Below, one piece after another: positions 1 through 12,074 of a stretch of 64,000 nt of DNA. The notes under the pieces were generated by a model. That model had not been told where the DNA came from, did no database searches, and saw only the letters and a list, made by a program, of their open reading frames with translations. This stretch comes from Octopus sinensis (lineage: Eukaryota), in NCBI RefSeq assembly GCF_006345805.1, contig NC_043016.1:8494001-8558000 (forward strand), read 5' to 3'. How positions within the stretch are numbered: position 1 is the stretch's first letter; each line of letters opens with the position of its first letter. Both the position numbers and the translations under genes were made by a program.

Positions 1-1095
1 TATTTCTTCGCTTATTGCATTTGATTTTCATGTATGAAAACTGATACTTACTAACCTATTTGAGGTGGTTAATAACATAAAGGCTGAGGTGATTTTCAAC
101 TGATATAGATCTATGTCTATCAAGCACCTAATAATGCTTACCTTTATATTTGGCCTTCTTAAACAAAGCTTTACAAGAAGTATCTGCTAAATTTGGATGG
201 TAATCAAATTTTTTTAGTTGTTATTTTTTTTAACTTTTCAATAACCATTATCTTCTGTACACATAAGAATCTATGAACTAATTTGTTTGTAAACAGGTGT
301 TATGTTAGCACCAAACACTAAAATATACTGCTACCCCAGAATAATTCAAAGACAGACATAGAAAATGTACAAAATTTAATACTCTGGGCTTATCCTTTCA
401 TCTGAGACAAAATGTACAGAGGAAGAGCAAGACTTAAAATCTTAAGTTCCACATCACTAATTTCTTCAGATTTTGGACATTAGTCTATAGTTGAATCTAA
501 ACCATGTTTGTATTCATTATTTCATTATCTGCCATATAGAGAAAACAAAGATCATTCAAGCTTGGTATTATTGTTCTCATAATACAAAGAACCTACCAAT
601 AATAAATGGGATGGGGAAATACTTTTTCTACAGTTAACCTTAAGATTCAATAAGTTTGTATCATTCTCCAGATGAATCACTCCTTGTATAAAATATTTTA
701 CAGTCTCGAGTGAATCATTAAAGTTTCGAGAATTTGAAAAACAATTAAGAGATGACAATAGATTCTTAATAACCAGCTATCTGAAAATCAAATTTCTTAG
801 GTGAGTTCATGAACAGACCAGCCATTTTATTACACAATAGTACACTTATGCATCTGCAGGTCTTAAACTTAATAAACTCCATTTTTGTAAGAACCTACTT
901 TTGGGTGATAACGGCTTTTTCTTTGCATCTTAACGATCTCTGGTTCCCAGATTTATGTTGTAATATGCCATTAGTCAAAAATGTCGCTTGTTTAACTTCT
1001 TTGCTCTCCGTCATAACGTGTTTTAGTAATATATCAATAAAAACAAGCATTTCCACACAATATGTCATCCACAGGGTATAACAGAGAGGTTATAC

Positions 1096-1141
<46 letters not shown>

Positions 1142-2061
1142 ACATACATACATACATACATACACACACATATATACAAGTGAGTGGACAAATGAAAGAA
1201 GGGCACTCAACACATTTATTGGGAGTTACATGTTTTGCTTTTATCCCCGTTATATATATATAAGCATATACATACACACACCTGTGAGTCCCCTTGGCAA
1301 CTGCCCAGTGTGTGCCATATGCCTTAAACCAGCACTGACCAGCCGTGAAATATAAGAGGATAAATAAAGAAATGTAATTAAAAAAAAAAAGTTCAACTGT
1401 CTTATAACTTAATTCACTCGGTTACTTTAACTTCAACAGCAGAGGAGAATAAAAAGAAAATTATCATGTTGTAAACAGCATGGTCACTCACCTTGAAACT
1501 GACATAGAGAAATACATGAAACATATCCTATGGATTGTACTCGGTGTTAAAAAGACATTGGTGAGCTGGTAGAATCATTAGCAAGCCAGACAAAATGCTC
1601 AACAACGTTTTGCTTATTGTTATATTCTGAGTTCAAATTTTACTGTTGTTGATTTTGCCTTCATCCTCTCAGAGCTGATAAATTAAGTACCAGTTGAACA
1701 CCGGGGCTGATGTAATCGACTTATTCATCATCATCATCATCATCATCATCATCGTTTAACGTCCGTTTTCCATGCTAGCACGGGTTGGATGGTTCGACTG
1801 GGGTCTGGAAAGCCAGGAGGCTGCACCAGGCTCCAGTCTGATCTGGCAGTGCTTCTACAGTTGGATGCCCTTCCTAACACCAACCACTTCGTGAGTGTAG
1901 TGGATGCTTTTTACATGCCACCGGCACAGGTGCCAGGGGAGGCTGGCAACGGCCACGATCAGTTGGTGCTTTTTACGTGCCACCGGCACAGAAGCCAGTC
2001 AAGGCGGCACTGGCATTGGTCTTGTGCTAAAATTTGAAATCAGTATTATCATTATTATTAC

Positions 2062-2509
2062 TGAGTAAGAGAGCAGTGTATGCCATCAAAGTGGTACTGG
2101 GTACAAATATACAAAGCCCAATATAACCATCATGACTACCCATCTGATAAGGGTACACCAGGCACATACATCACAACCATATGCGCACAGCATGCTGATT
2201 TCACATCAAGATAAATAGCACATAACCTTGCAGCTGGAACCCAGTTAGAATTATCTTCAGGTCGAGTAGCCCATTCCGCTCAAAAGGTCTTTGAATAAGG
2301 GTTGTTTAAGGATGTTGAATGGCACACCCATGTTTCCTGAGGTGAATTATTCAAACTCTAAACACATGGCTATGATGCTCATGATTAGAAATGCACATAT
2401 CGTCAGCCACCAAGGGACATGCTCAACCGGTTACGGTCAAACAACTGACAAACAAATCTGTAATACTGAACAGAATATTTGCCCATCTTTTAAACCAATA
2501 CAAGAACCA

Positions 2510-2542
<33 letters not shown>

Positions 2543-2743
2543 GGTAATGAGTTAGCAGAACTGTTAGCACACTGGGCAGAATGCTTAGTGACATTTCATG
2601 TGTTTTCATGTCCTGAGTTAAAATTCTGCCAAGGTCAACTTTCAGGGTCAATAAAATAAGTACTAGTTGGGTATTGGGGTTGATGTAATTGACTTGCCCC
2701 TTTTTCCAAATTTGCTGCCTTGGGCCAAAGTTTGAAATCATCA

Positions 2744-2778
<35 letters not shown>

Positions 2779-3120
2779 GAGTGAGCGAGCAGTGCATGCC
2801 ATCAAAGTGACACTGGGGTAAAATATACAAAGCCCAGTATACCCATCATGACTACCTGTCTGATAAAGGGTACACTAGGCACATGCATCACAACCATATG
2901 TGCGCGACATGGTGATCTCATATCAAGATAAACAGCACATGACCTTGCAGGTGGGTCTCAGTTAGAATTTTCTTTTGGTCGAGTAGCCCATCCCGCTCAA
3001 AAGGTCATTGAATAAGGGTTGTTTAAAGATGTTGAACAAAACACCCATGTTTCCAGAGGTGAATTATTCAAATCCCCAAAGAATCCCTCTCAACGCATGG
3101 CTATGATGTTCCCCCACTAC

Positions 3121-3122
<2 letters not shown>
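2062..3122. repeat. Two adjacent copies of an (ATT)n-flanked interspersed repeat (family 4; also 16878-17040, 17072-17828, 48890-49430)
   Basis: gagagagcagtgcatgccatcaaagtgacactgggg..gaccttgcaggtgg..cccgctcaaaaggtc recurs in both orientations. Confidence 0.85.
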
Positions 3123-3158
<36 letters not shown>

Positions 3159-3622
3159 GGTGGTGAACTGGCAGACTCATTAAAGCATCAGGTAAAATGT
3201 CATGTGGTATTTCTTCTGGCATATTGCATTCTAAGTTTACATTCCTTCAAGCATCAAGGTCATCTTTTGCCTTTTATACCTGCAGATTCAAGAAACTAAA
3301 GTACCAGTCAAGTACTAGGGTCAATTTACTCAACTAACTCCTTTCTCTCAAAATTGCTGGCCTAGTGCCTAAATTAGAAATAACAACAACAACAATGGCA
3401 ATAATAATAATTGTTTCTACTCTAGGTCTTGAAAATTTTGGAGGAATGGGGCTGGTCAATTACATCAACCCCAGTGCATAACTGGTACTGCATTGACCCT
3501 GAAAGGATGAAAGGCAAAGTCAAACCTCGTGGTATTTGAACACAGATCATAGGCACAAGGTCTGAAATTTTGGAGGAGGAGGCCAGTTGATGAGATCAAC
3601 CCCAGTACACAACTGGTACTTA

Positions 3623-3843
3623 ACCCTTTGGCATTTAAACCGGCTATATCCGGCCAAAATATTTAACCTGTTTTATATTGAAACTGACCAGATCTCACCT
3701 CTCACCTCAGCTCTACCATGTCCTTCTAAAACTAAAAAATCACATCACTGAAATCTCTAAACTACAAGATAATGCAGGATTAATTCAAACCATTTAAAAT
3801 AAACAAACATCACATTTAACAGAATAATCTGAACACTAAAGGG
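3623..3843. mobile_element. piggyBac-type MITE inserted into a SINE (related copies near 4932-5120 and 63155-63340)
   Basis: TTAA duplicated on both sides; interrupts the SINE core aactggtacttaatttattgacc. Confidence 0.75.
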
Positions 3844-4029
3844 TTAATTTATTGACCCCCCAAAAGGATGAAAGGCAAAGTCAACCTCGGCAGTTCAAAA
3901 TAAGAAGTGATAAAAATTCAGAAATTTAAACATTATCACTTCTTATTTTGAACTTGACAAAGACAGACATGCTGTTGAAATATCATTCAATAAAATATCC
4001 TACAATTGAATCGCACTCTTCGTCTTGAC

Positions 4030-4062
<33 letters not shown>

Positions 4063-4616
4063 GGCCTGAAATTTAAGGGGAGGGATTAAGTTGATTACAT
4101 TGACCCCAGTGTTTCACTGGTACTTAATTTATTGACCCCGAAAGGATGAAAGGCAGTCGACCTCGGTGGAATTTGAACTCAGAACACGGTGATAGGCAAA
4201 ATACCACCAAGCATTTTGCCCAGCATGCTAATGATTCCACCAGCTCACCACCTTAATAATGATGATGATGATGATGATGATAATAACACCAATGTAGCAC
4301 CAATGTACACTAAGTATTGATGCTGTGGTTAGCCCCAAAAGAAGGTTGACACTGGAATTTAAATAGAAACTATTCGTCTGCCATTTTTGCTGAGGTTGTT
4401 CCACATTTTTTAGATTAGTAGGATCAACTGTTAAAGTGAAAGGGATTTGGCTCATCATCTGAAGGGCCACTGCAATCTGAACATACGTTGGTGATTACTC
4501 CATATATTCTTCAGTAACCATTACCTGACACGGAACCAGATACCAGAGCAGAATTATGCTATTATGCACCTTATTTTTGTATATGGTAGCTATATGCTTT
4601 CCAATATCTTACTATG

Positions 4617-4893
4617 GATTATGTGGTGGTGGTTGTGGTGGTGATGGTGGTGGTTGTGGTGGTGGTGGTGGTTGTGGTGGTGATGATGGTGGTGTTGGTG
4701 GTGGTGTTTGGTGGCAGCGGTGGTGATTGGTGTGGTGGTTGTGGTGGTGATGGTCGGCGGTTGTGTTTAGGTTGGTGGTAGCAGTGGTGATTGGTGTGGT
4801 GGTAGCAGTGGTGATTGGTTGGCAGTTGTGTTGGTGGTGGTGGTGGTTGGTGGTGGCAATGGTTTGTGGTGGTAGTGGTGGTGGTGGTGGTGG
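4617..4893. repeat. Imperfect (GGT)n microsatellite
   Basis: Directly visible. Confidence 0.95.
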
Positions 4894-7182
4894 CATGTAG
4901 CAATAATATATAATTTGAGGTTCATGATCTTAACCCTTTAACATTTAGCCCAGCCATATCCGGCCAGATCCAGCCTCTCACACCTACCCTACAGTGTCTT
5001 TCTAAATGTAAACAATTGCATAATCAAAATCTCAAAGCTACAAGACAATGAAATATTAATTTAAATCTATGTGAATACATAAGCATCACATCTGACAGAG
5101 TAATCTGAATGATAAAGGTTCAAATCACATCCTCAGCTATCACTGCTATTTCTTTGAATTTAGTGAATACAAATGGCTTTAAGTTTCTATTTTCATTTAA
5201 TTGGAGTCTGTATTCGAAGATAATTAGTGGCAGGTGTGATTTTTGTTGAGACATTGAATTGGGTATTGATAAAAACAGTCAATTCGTTGGTGTCATATTC
5301 TTGACAAATATGGTATATTGACAAAGTGTTTTTTTTTCCCCTTCATTCTCTCTGTGCCACAAAATAATGAATTTGGAACTGAGGTGTCAACCATTTCAAC
5401 TAGCCAACATCACATTTAAATACATGTGTATGTATATGTTCATACATGTGTGTGTGTGTGCGTGAACACGTGTGCAGGGTGTATGTGGGTGCACACAAAC
5501 ACACGGCACTGATACATAGGACACAATACTGATACATATACGCTATAACTGCTTTCTTACATACACAGACACACATATATATGCATAACAATCACCTGCA
5601 CACAAACCAATGCAACAGTCAAACACAAACACAGTGCACCAACTCTTGCAGTATGCACACCATTCACATAGCACACACACACACACACACTCACATACAC
5701 ATACACAGTGTTCACTCTCAAATACAAACTGCTTATACTTAAGCAACCAAACTGAGCCTGCAATCTAGAAAAAGTTTTTAACCAGAAGTGCATCATAGAT
5801 TTTGTAGCATATTTGTATTGTAATATGGCGGCAATGATGATGATGATGATTAGTGAAAAAGTAAAAATTACAGAATAGCAAAAATTTAAATCAAAGTAAG
5901 GATTTTGTTCTGCAAAGCAAGTAGAATTAAGAAACTTGTTCCAGGATAAAAAGCATCCCCTCCAGGGGCATACAAATGAGCTCAGAGCCCAGTATTTGCT
6001 AAGGTATTTGCTTTCTTATCCACTCAACCCCCTTATATATATTCAATGAAGATGACAATAATGACCTTTTGGGAAGGGTGAGGAGGGTCTGTCTATTTAA
6101 TTGGCTCCAGTATATCACTGGTACTTCATCAGATCCATTAATCAACTATTATTTCACTGGTACTTTATTTCATCAACCCATTCATTTCCCTGGTACTTTA
6201 TTTCACTAACCAAGTTATTTCCTTCGTACTCTATTTTCATAACCAAATTATTCACTTCCCTGGTACTTTATTCTATAACCCAATTATCTCACTGGTACTT
6301 TATCATCCAGCATGCTTTTTGGCCATAAAGGAAAACTAGCATACTGTTACCCCGCAAGGTTTTCAGGTAACGGCCCAAGTGACATCATGCTACAACAGAG
6401 AGGCAACTCATATTCAGTAGAATACACTTGAGACACAAGAAATGGCATGATTTGTGCAAGGGCACTGTGTGCCACTTGACCCTGAAATCGAACCCAGCTA
6501 CAATCTTAAGATCATGTGTCCAACACCCTAACAACTAGGCCATACACCTTCTCATGCATTTGCCGAGTTCAATATTGACAACAATTCACACCAGTTCACA
6601 GAAACAACAAGCACTTCATTGAAGGATCAGCGGAGTATTCCCCTAGTACATCACTGGTATCCCGGAAGGATCAAACATAAAAGTGACCTTCATGGAATTT
6701 GAATTCAGATTGTAAAGGGCCATAACTAAACACTGCAAGACATTTAGTCTAATGCTCTGTCATTTCTACTACTAGTAGTAGTAGTAGTAGTAGCAGCAGC
6801 AGCGGCAGTTGTAACTCCAAAATAGCAAACTGCATTGTCACTATGCTATATATCTGAAAAGAGCAGGATATGGTTAACTGATTTGACAAATCATTCCTAC
6901 CCCGCACCCACCCACCAGTCTTTACTTTGTCAACAACAACAAATAACAACAACAAATAGAAGGACGTGAAGTGCAATGTCAATGACAGCAGGGTCTAAAC
7001 ATTCAAATGTTAAAAGTTATGCAAAAAAAAACATTTAGTTTACTACCTACCTACCACCACCATGTCTGTGGCTCCACCCCACCCCAATTCTTATATACAT
7101 TATAACATTAATAATTGAAAAACTACTAAGTTAAAAATAAACACTTTGGTTAATGAACCTTATTTTTGAAAATAGCAACAAC

Positions 7183-7253
<71 letters not shown>

Positions 7254-7479
7254 TCACTGAAATACAAAAAAAAAATTGTTTCGGAGGAATGAGAGGTATG
7301 ACAAGAATTGAGAGGTCTATTATTAATAATAACAATGATATTATTATCATCATTGTTATTATTAATATTATTATCATTATTATTATTATTGGATGAAACT
7401 GTTGTTATCTAGTCACAATTTTGCACCAAAACAATATCTTTCTCTCAATGTTAGATGATCAGTATTGAGAAATGAAAAG

Positions 7480-7534
<55 letters not shown>

Positions 7535-7579
7535 CATATACATATAGAATAAAATTATAAAAAAGAAATGGTCATTTAA

Positions 7580-7612
<33 letters not shown>

Positions 7613-7877
7613 ATATATTATATATATATATATATACAGCAGGAAATTAAAAATATTGATATAAAGGAGCAGCATATGTTAAAATGGCTTTTTCTAAAAG
7701 CAGTTAAAAATTTTTGAGAAATATTAAACAAATTAGCTATAATCAATGGATCTAAATTTGCCAGCATTTGCTATGTGGATGTTCATATGAACTCACAATC
7801 AGTCGAGTGTCAATTTTCACTCCAATAAACAAAATCATGTTTTTATCTCATTTTTATAAAAGACATCATTTAAATAA

Positions 7878-7920
<43 letters not shown>

Positions 7921-8109
7921 AATAACCTTAATTTTTAAAAAAATGTTAATTAGTGAATGTCCCTCTTATCACAGATAGAGTGTAGCTTTGGATGTCCAAA
8001 AGATAGAGTGTAACTTGGGGAATAAAGATGCAGTGTAGCATTGGTTCTCAAAAAAAAATGAAAGAAAAGACAAAAGAAAAACTATATATGACCAAAGAAG
8101 CAAAATTTA

Positions 8110-8176
8110 AGGTTTTCACATATATATACAACTATGTATTATATACATATAAAATCTACGTGTGCATTGGAGGTAC

Positions 8177-8207
<31 letters not shown>

Positions 8208-8802
8208 TATATACACACATATATATATACACACATATATATATATACACACACACACATATATATATATACACATATATATATACACATATATATATAC
8301 ACATATATATATACTCATATATACACATATATATATATACTCATATATACACATATATAATACACATATATATATACTCATATATACACATATATAATAT
8401 ACTCATATACACATATATATATATACACATATATATATACTCATATATACACACATATATATACACATATATATATATACACATATATATATACAACATA
8501 TATATATATACACACATATATATATACATATATATATACATATATATACACATATATATATATACACACATATATATACATATATATATATACATATATA
8601 TATATATGTATATATATATATACACACACATATATGCATGTGTATATATATATACATACGCATATATATATGCTTTATATATATATACGCATATATATAT
8701 ATGCTTTATATATATATACGCATATATATGCTTTATATATATATATATATATGCTTTATATATATATATATATATGCTTTATATATATATATATATATAA
8801 TA

Positions 8803-8850
<48 letters not shown>

Positions 8851-8861
8851 TATATAAATAA
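8110..8861. repeat. Long compound (TA)n/(CA)n microsatellite
   Basis: Directly visible; source of many spurious Y/I/H/T-rich ORFs. Confidence 0.97.
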
Positions 8862-9057
8862 ATGGATGAATGAATTATCCTTTGTTTACCGTTAACATGG
8901 AAAATTCAATAAACAGTTACCAGGATAGCAAAATTCACGCAAGTAATACGGATGAAGCGACCTATTCAAAGGTAGAAACTCCGGGTTAATGTGTAGTAAT
9001 TTGTGTAGTATAAGTAAATAAATGGAGTTGAATGCAGATATTATTAAAATTCTTTTA

Positions 9058-9140
9058 GTTTCGACATCTGTTTCGAAGACAACATTGGTTTTATTCCAAA
9101 GGAATAAACGGTGTAAAATGCAATCTTCTTATCAGGAAAG
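9058..9140 (-). ncRNA. Type I hammerhead ribozyme motif in Penelope terminal repeat (CUGAUGA mutated to CUGAUAA); duplicate at 12278-12359
   Basis: Minus strand: CTTTC-CTGATAA-GAAGA..long stem II..TCTTC-GAAA-CAGATGTC-GAAAC. Confidence 0.75.
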
Positions 9141-11287
9141 AAAGAGAGCCTATCTCAACAACAAGACATTAAAACAATTACGATGACTGCCTAAATGATA
9201 AAAAGAATGTTATTAAGTATTTTAAAAAACCGTTTCAACGTCAAAGGCAGACCCTAGGAAGAGAAGGGGTAAAGAAATAATAAGTAGAGAACAAATAAAG
9301 AGGGATAAATTGGTTGAAAAAATGTTCAAAGGCTTAGAAGTAGATTTCTCTATTGAAGTAAAGTGCAAGTTAAACTAAATGATCAAACTACAAAGACTGG
9401 TAAAAATCACTTATATGAGCTAGAGGTATGTTTCTGCCAGTGCTTACATTTGTAAGATCGCTCTATAAGTGTGTTAACAAGGTGATTATTAGAGAAGAGA
9501 ATATGGAAGAGTTCAGAGTTGCAAATGTTACAAAATCCTTTGCCCTTATCATAAGGGAAAGATATGGACAAGATGAACCAATCTAACTTAAAATCTTTAT
9601 TGTTGTCTTTAAGATGCCAAACCAATTTCCATAGCCCTGTACTATGACGTTTGCTGCTATCCCTAAATGATGAATAACGATTGGAAATTCTCTGAGATAA
9701 CTGGGAAGAGGATGCGCAAATGTAGTAGACATCGGTACCGCAAGAAATTTTACACTGGTATATAGAATTCTTGATCTTAGAATTATTAGACATAAATTTA
9801 ATTCTGTTGTGGTTGTCCTCAGAGACCAAAACCATGTTTTTATTGCTATTATTATTATTATGTGAGGGGTTGGAATTAACAAGATTAATGTTGGAACTCC
9901 CAGAAAATGAACTCTTATTTAGCAGACTGGTATTATGAGATGATATAATTTGTGAAAGATTCTTTGTGTTGGAGAAGGCAACCATAACTATATGAGAGTT
10001 AATAATTGAATAATATCTAGAATTTTTTGGAAAGTTCTTACCAACCACTTCACGAAATTGCAAAGGAAGATTAGATTTAATTTGTTTTCCAAACGGAATT
10101 ACAAACCAGATAGTTTTCCTAGTAACATTCAAATTGTAAGTGGTATTATCTTTAAAGGATGGTGAAATACCTCTAGAGTGAAAAAAATGGGCTTAAATAA
10201 TGCTTGCCTCCCTTATCCCATAAAGGAATTTTATTATGTTTTGCGTTATTTACAATATTAGAATTAAAAATCACTCTTATTATTACAACTAGATTTTTTG
10301 TCTTGAACAGTAGAAGAAGGACGAGATTGAGCAGAATCAATGTATGTAACATTTTCTTTATACCCAGCTTTAACCAAGGCAGAGTTATAAAATTCTGCCT
10401 TGTCATTAAAAATATCAACATTGGCGGACAGTTTGGATAATCTAACTGAAATGTTTTTAACTAAATTCTTAGTAATTGCCCTAGCGTGATTACTGGAAGG
10501 ACTAATATACTTGAGATTTGTGGAAGGTTTGTGGTATGGGAAGTACGAGTTATTTGTAAATTAAGAGTGATATCTAAGAAGTTGCTTTAGTTAACTCATC
10601 GTCAAAAATGATGTGAAAGCCCATTCTACGAAAAAAACCTAACTAATCTATTCTTAACCTTCTGTATTTTTGATTTGAAATGTTTTGGAGGTAAAGCAGA
10701 CAATCATCATGATATAGACCTCCACGGATGTCTGGGAACTGGTCAGCCATTTCATAAAGTATATATATTCCGACCAAATCAGAAATTTGAGCAGAATCTG
10801 AACTTCCCATTAGGACATCGAATGCACTGGGAGTATCCTTCCGGACGCACAACTTATTATCGAACTTAATGAATGACTTTCTAGCAGCCAGTACCACATT
10901 AATTTCTTCTCTAGAGAGACCTGCTTTATTGTGTGCATGCCAGAGTGCCTTATTGAGTATAATAGGGTTGATTGATGAATAGAAGCTAGATATATCAAAC
11001 TGAAAAAATTTAGAGTTAACCTTATTAGTAATAGAAGTCAGCCAATCTACAACTTGAAAAGAATTAGAGCATATGCTGAGTATTAATTTATTGATTAATG
11101 TAGGGATATACTTATCTAAGATGTATTTACTAAGTATACCGACGTCTGAGCTGGAAGGACATATAAGCTGTAATGATGGGTTAGTAAAAAAGTTCTGTTT
11201 GTGGTCTTTTAAAATAAACCGAGGTTGCCTCATTTAGGCAGTCATCGTAATTGTTATAATGTCTTGTTGTTGAGATAGGCTCTCTTT

Positions 11288-11370
11288 CTTTCCTGATGAG
11301 AAGATTGCATTTTACACCATTTATTCCTTTGGAATAAAACCAATGTTGTCTTCAAAACATATGTCGAAAG
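11288..11370 (+). ncRNA. Type I hammerhead ribozyme motif in the inverted Penelope repeat (GAAA mutated to AAAA); duplicate at 14509-14591
   Basis: CTTTC-CTGATGA-GAAGATTGCATT..AATGTTGTCTTC-AAAA-C-ATAT-GTC-GAAAG. Palindromic ACATATGT stem III, GUC site, stem I CTTTC/GAAAG. Confidence 0.78.
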
Positions 11371-11935
11371 TAAAAGAATTTTAATATCTGCGTTCAACTC
11401 CATTTATTTATTTACTTTTATATATATATTATATATATATATATACATATATATATCTTTATATATATGTGTATATATATATATATATGCATATATATAT
11501 ACATATATGTGCATATATGTACATATATACATATGCACATATGGATATATATACATATATACATGCATATATATATATATATATATATATGCACAGTCAC
11601 AAGTAAATGCACAGTTACAAATACATACACATACACTCACTTATACACACATGCATAGAGACATATCTTGATATGCATATATGTACTTTCTCATCATTCC
11701 TTCTCTCTGTCAACACACAAATACATTCAACACTGTTCATTATATACACAAACTACATGAGAGGATAATTCTTCTTAATATAATATATATATACACACAC
11801 ACACTCATATATATATATATATGTTCACTCACACATATATGTATATATACACATATATATATACACACATACACATACATATATGGGTGTATATATATAT
11901 CCCACCTTGTTTCGCATTATGTGCTTACTCTAGTA

Positions 11936-11970
<35 letters not shown>

Positions 11971-12004
11971 TATATATATATACATATATATATACACATA
12001 TACG

Positions 12005-12058
<54 letters not shown>

Positions 12059-12074
12059 CAGATATATATATAAT

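Larger units (their letters stand above)
8862..12074 (-). mobile_element. Penelope-like retroelement, copy 1 (5'-truncated, degenerate RT + GIY-YIG; coding remnants 9407-11233; inverted terminal repeat 9017-9198 / 11230-11410) plus flanking microsatellite
   Basis: Minus-strand frames contain ILKDHKQNF, FFQFDISSFY, FDVLMGSSDSAQISDLVG, GLYHDDCL, FLDITLNL, SNH, IWF..PF and the GIY-YIG C-terminus CNICNSE...CKH. Frameshifts and a stop are present. Confidence 0.93.

Noticed and set aside
541-1080. Coding-looking sequence with possible exons (704-800 on +, SSESLKFREFEKQLRDDNRFLITSYLKIKFL with AG|gtgagt; open stretches on - at 552-775 and about 890-1075)
   Set aside because: No recognisable homology, and I could not chain the candidates in consistent phase. 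A neighbouring gene is possible but unsupported without RNA data.
6116-6305. About six spaced CTGGTACTTT repeats resembling a CRISPR-like array
   Set aside because: Eukaryotic context; the repeat is a decayed SINE-core motif, and the spacers resemble each other (old tandem amplification).
8028-8861. Cluster of Y/I/H/T ORFs (also at 11404-12114 and 14629-15668)
   Set aside because: (TA/CA)n microsatellite artefacts.
8940-9000. Extra hammerhead-like string CGGATGA..GAAACTCCGGGT on + (duplicate near 12165-12215)
   Set aside because: The core is mutated and stems I and II pair poorly; too degenerate to call.
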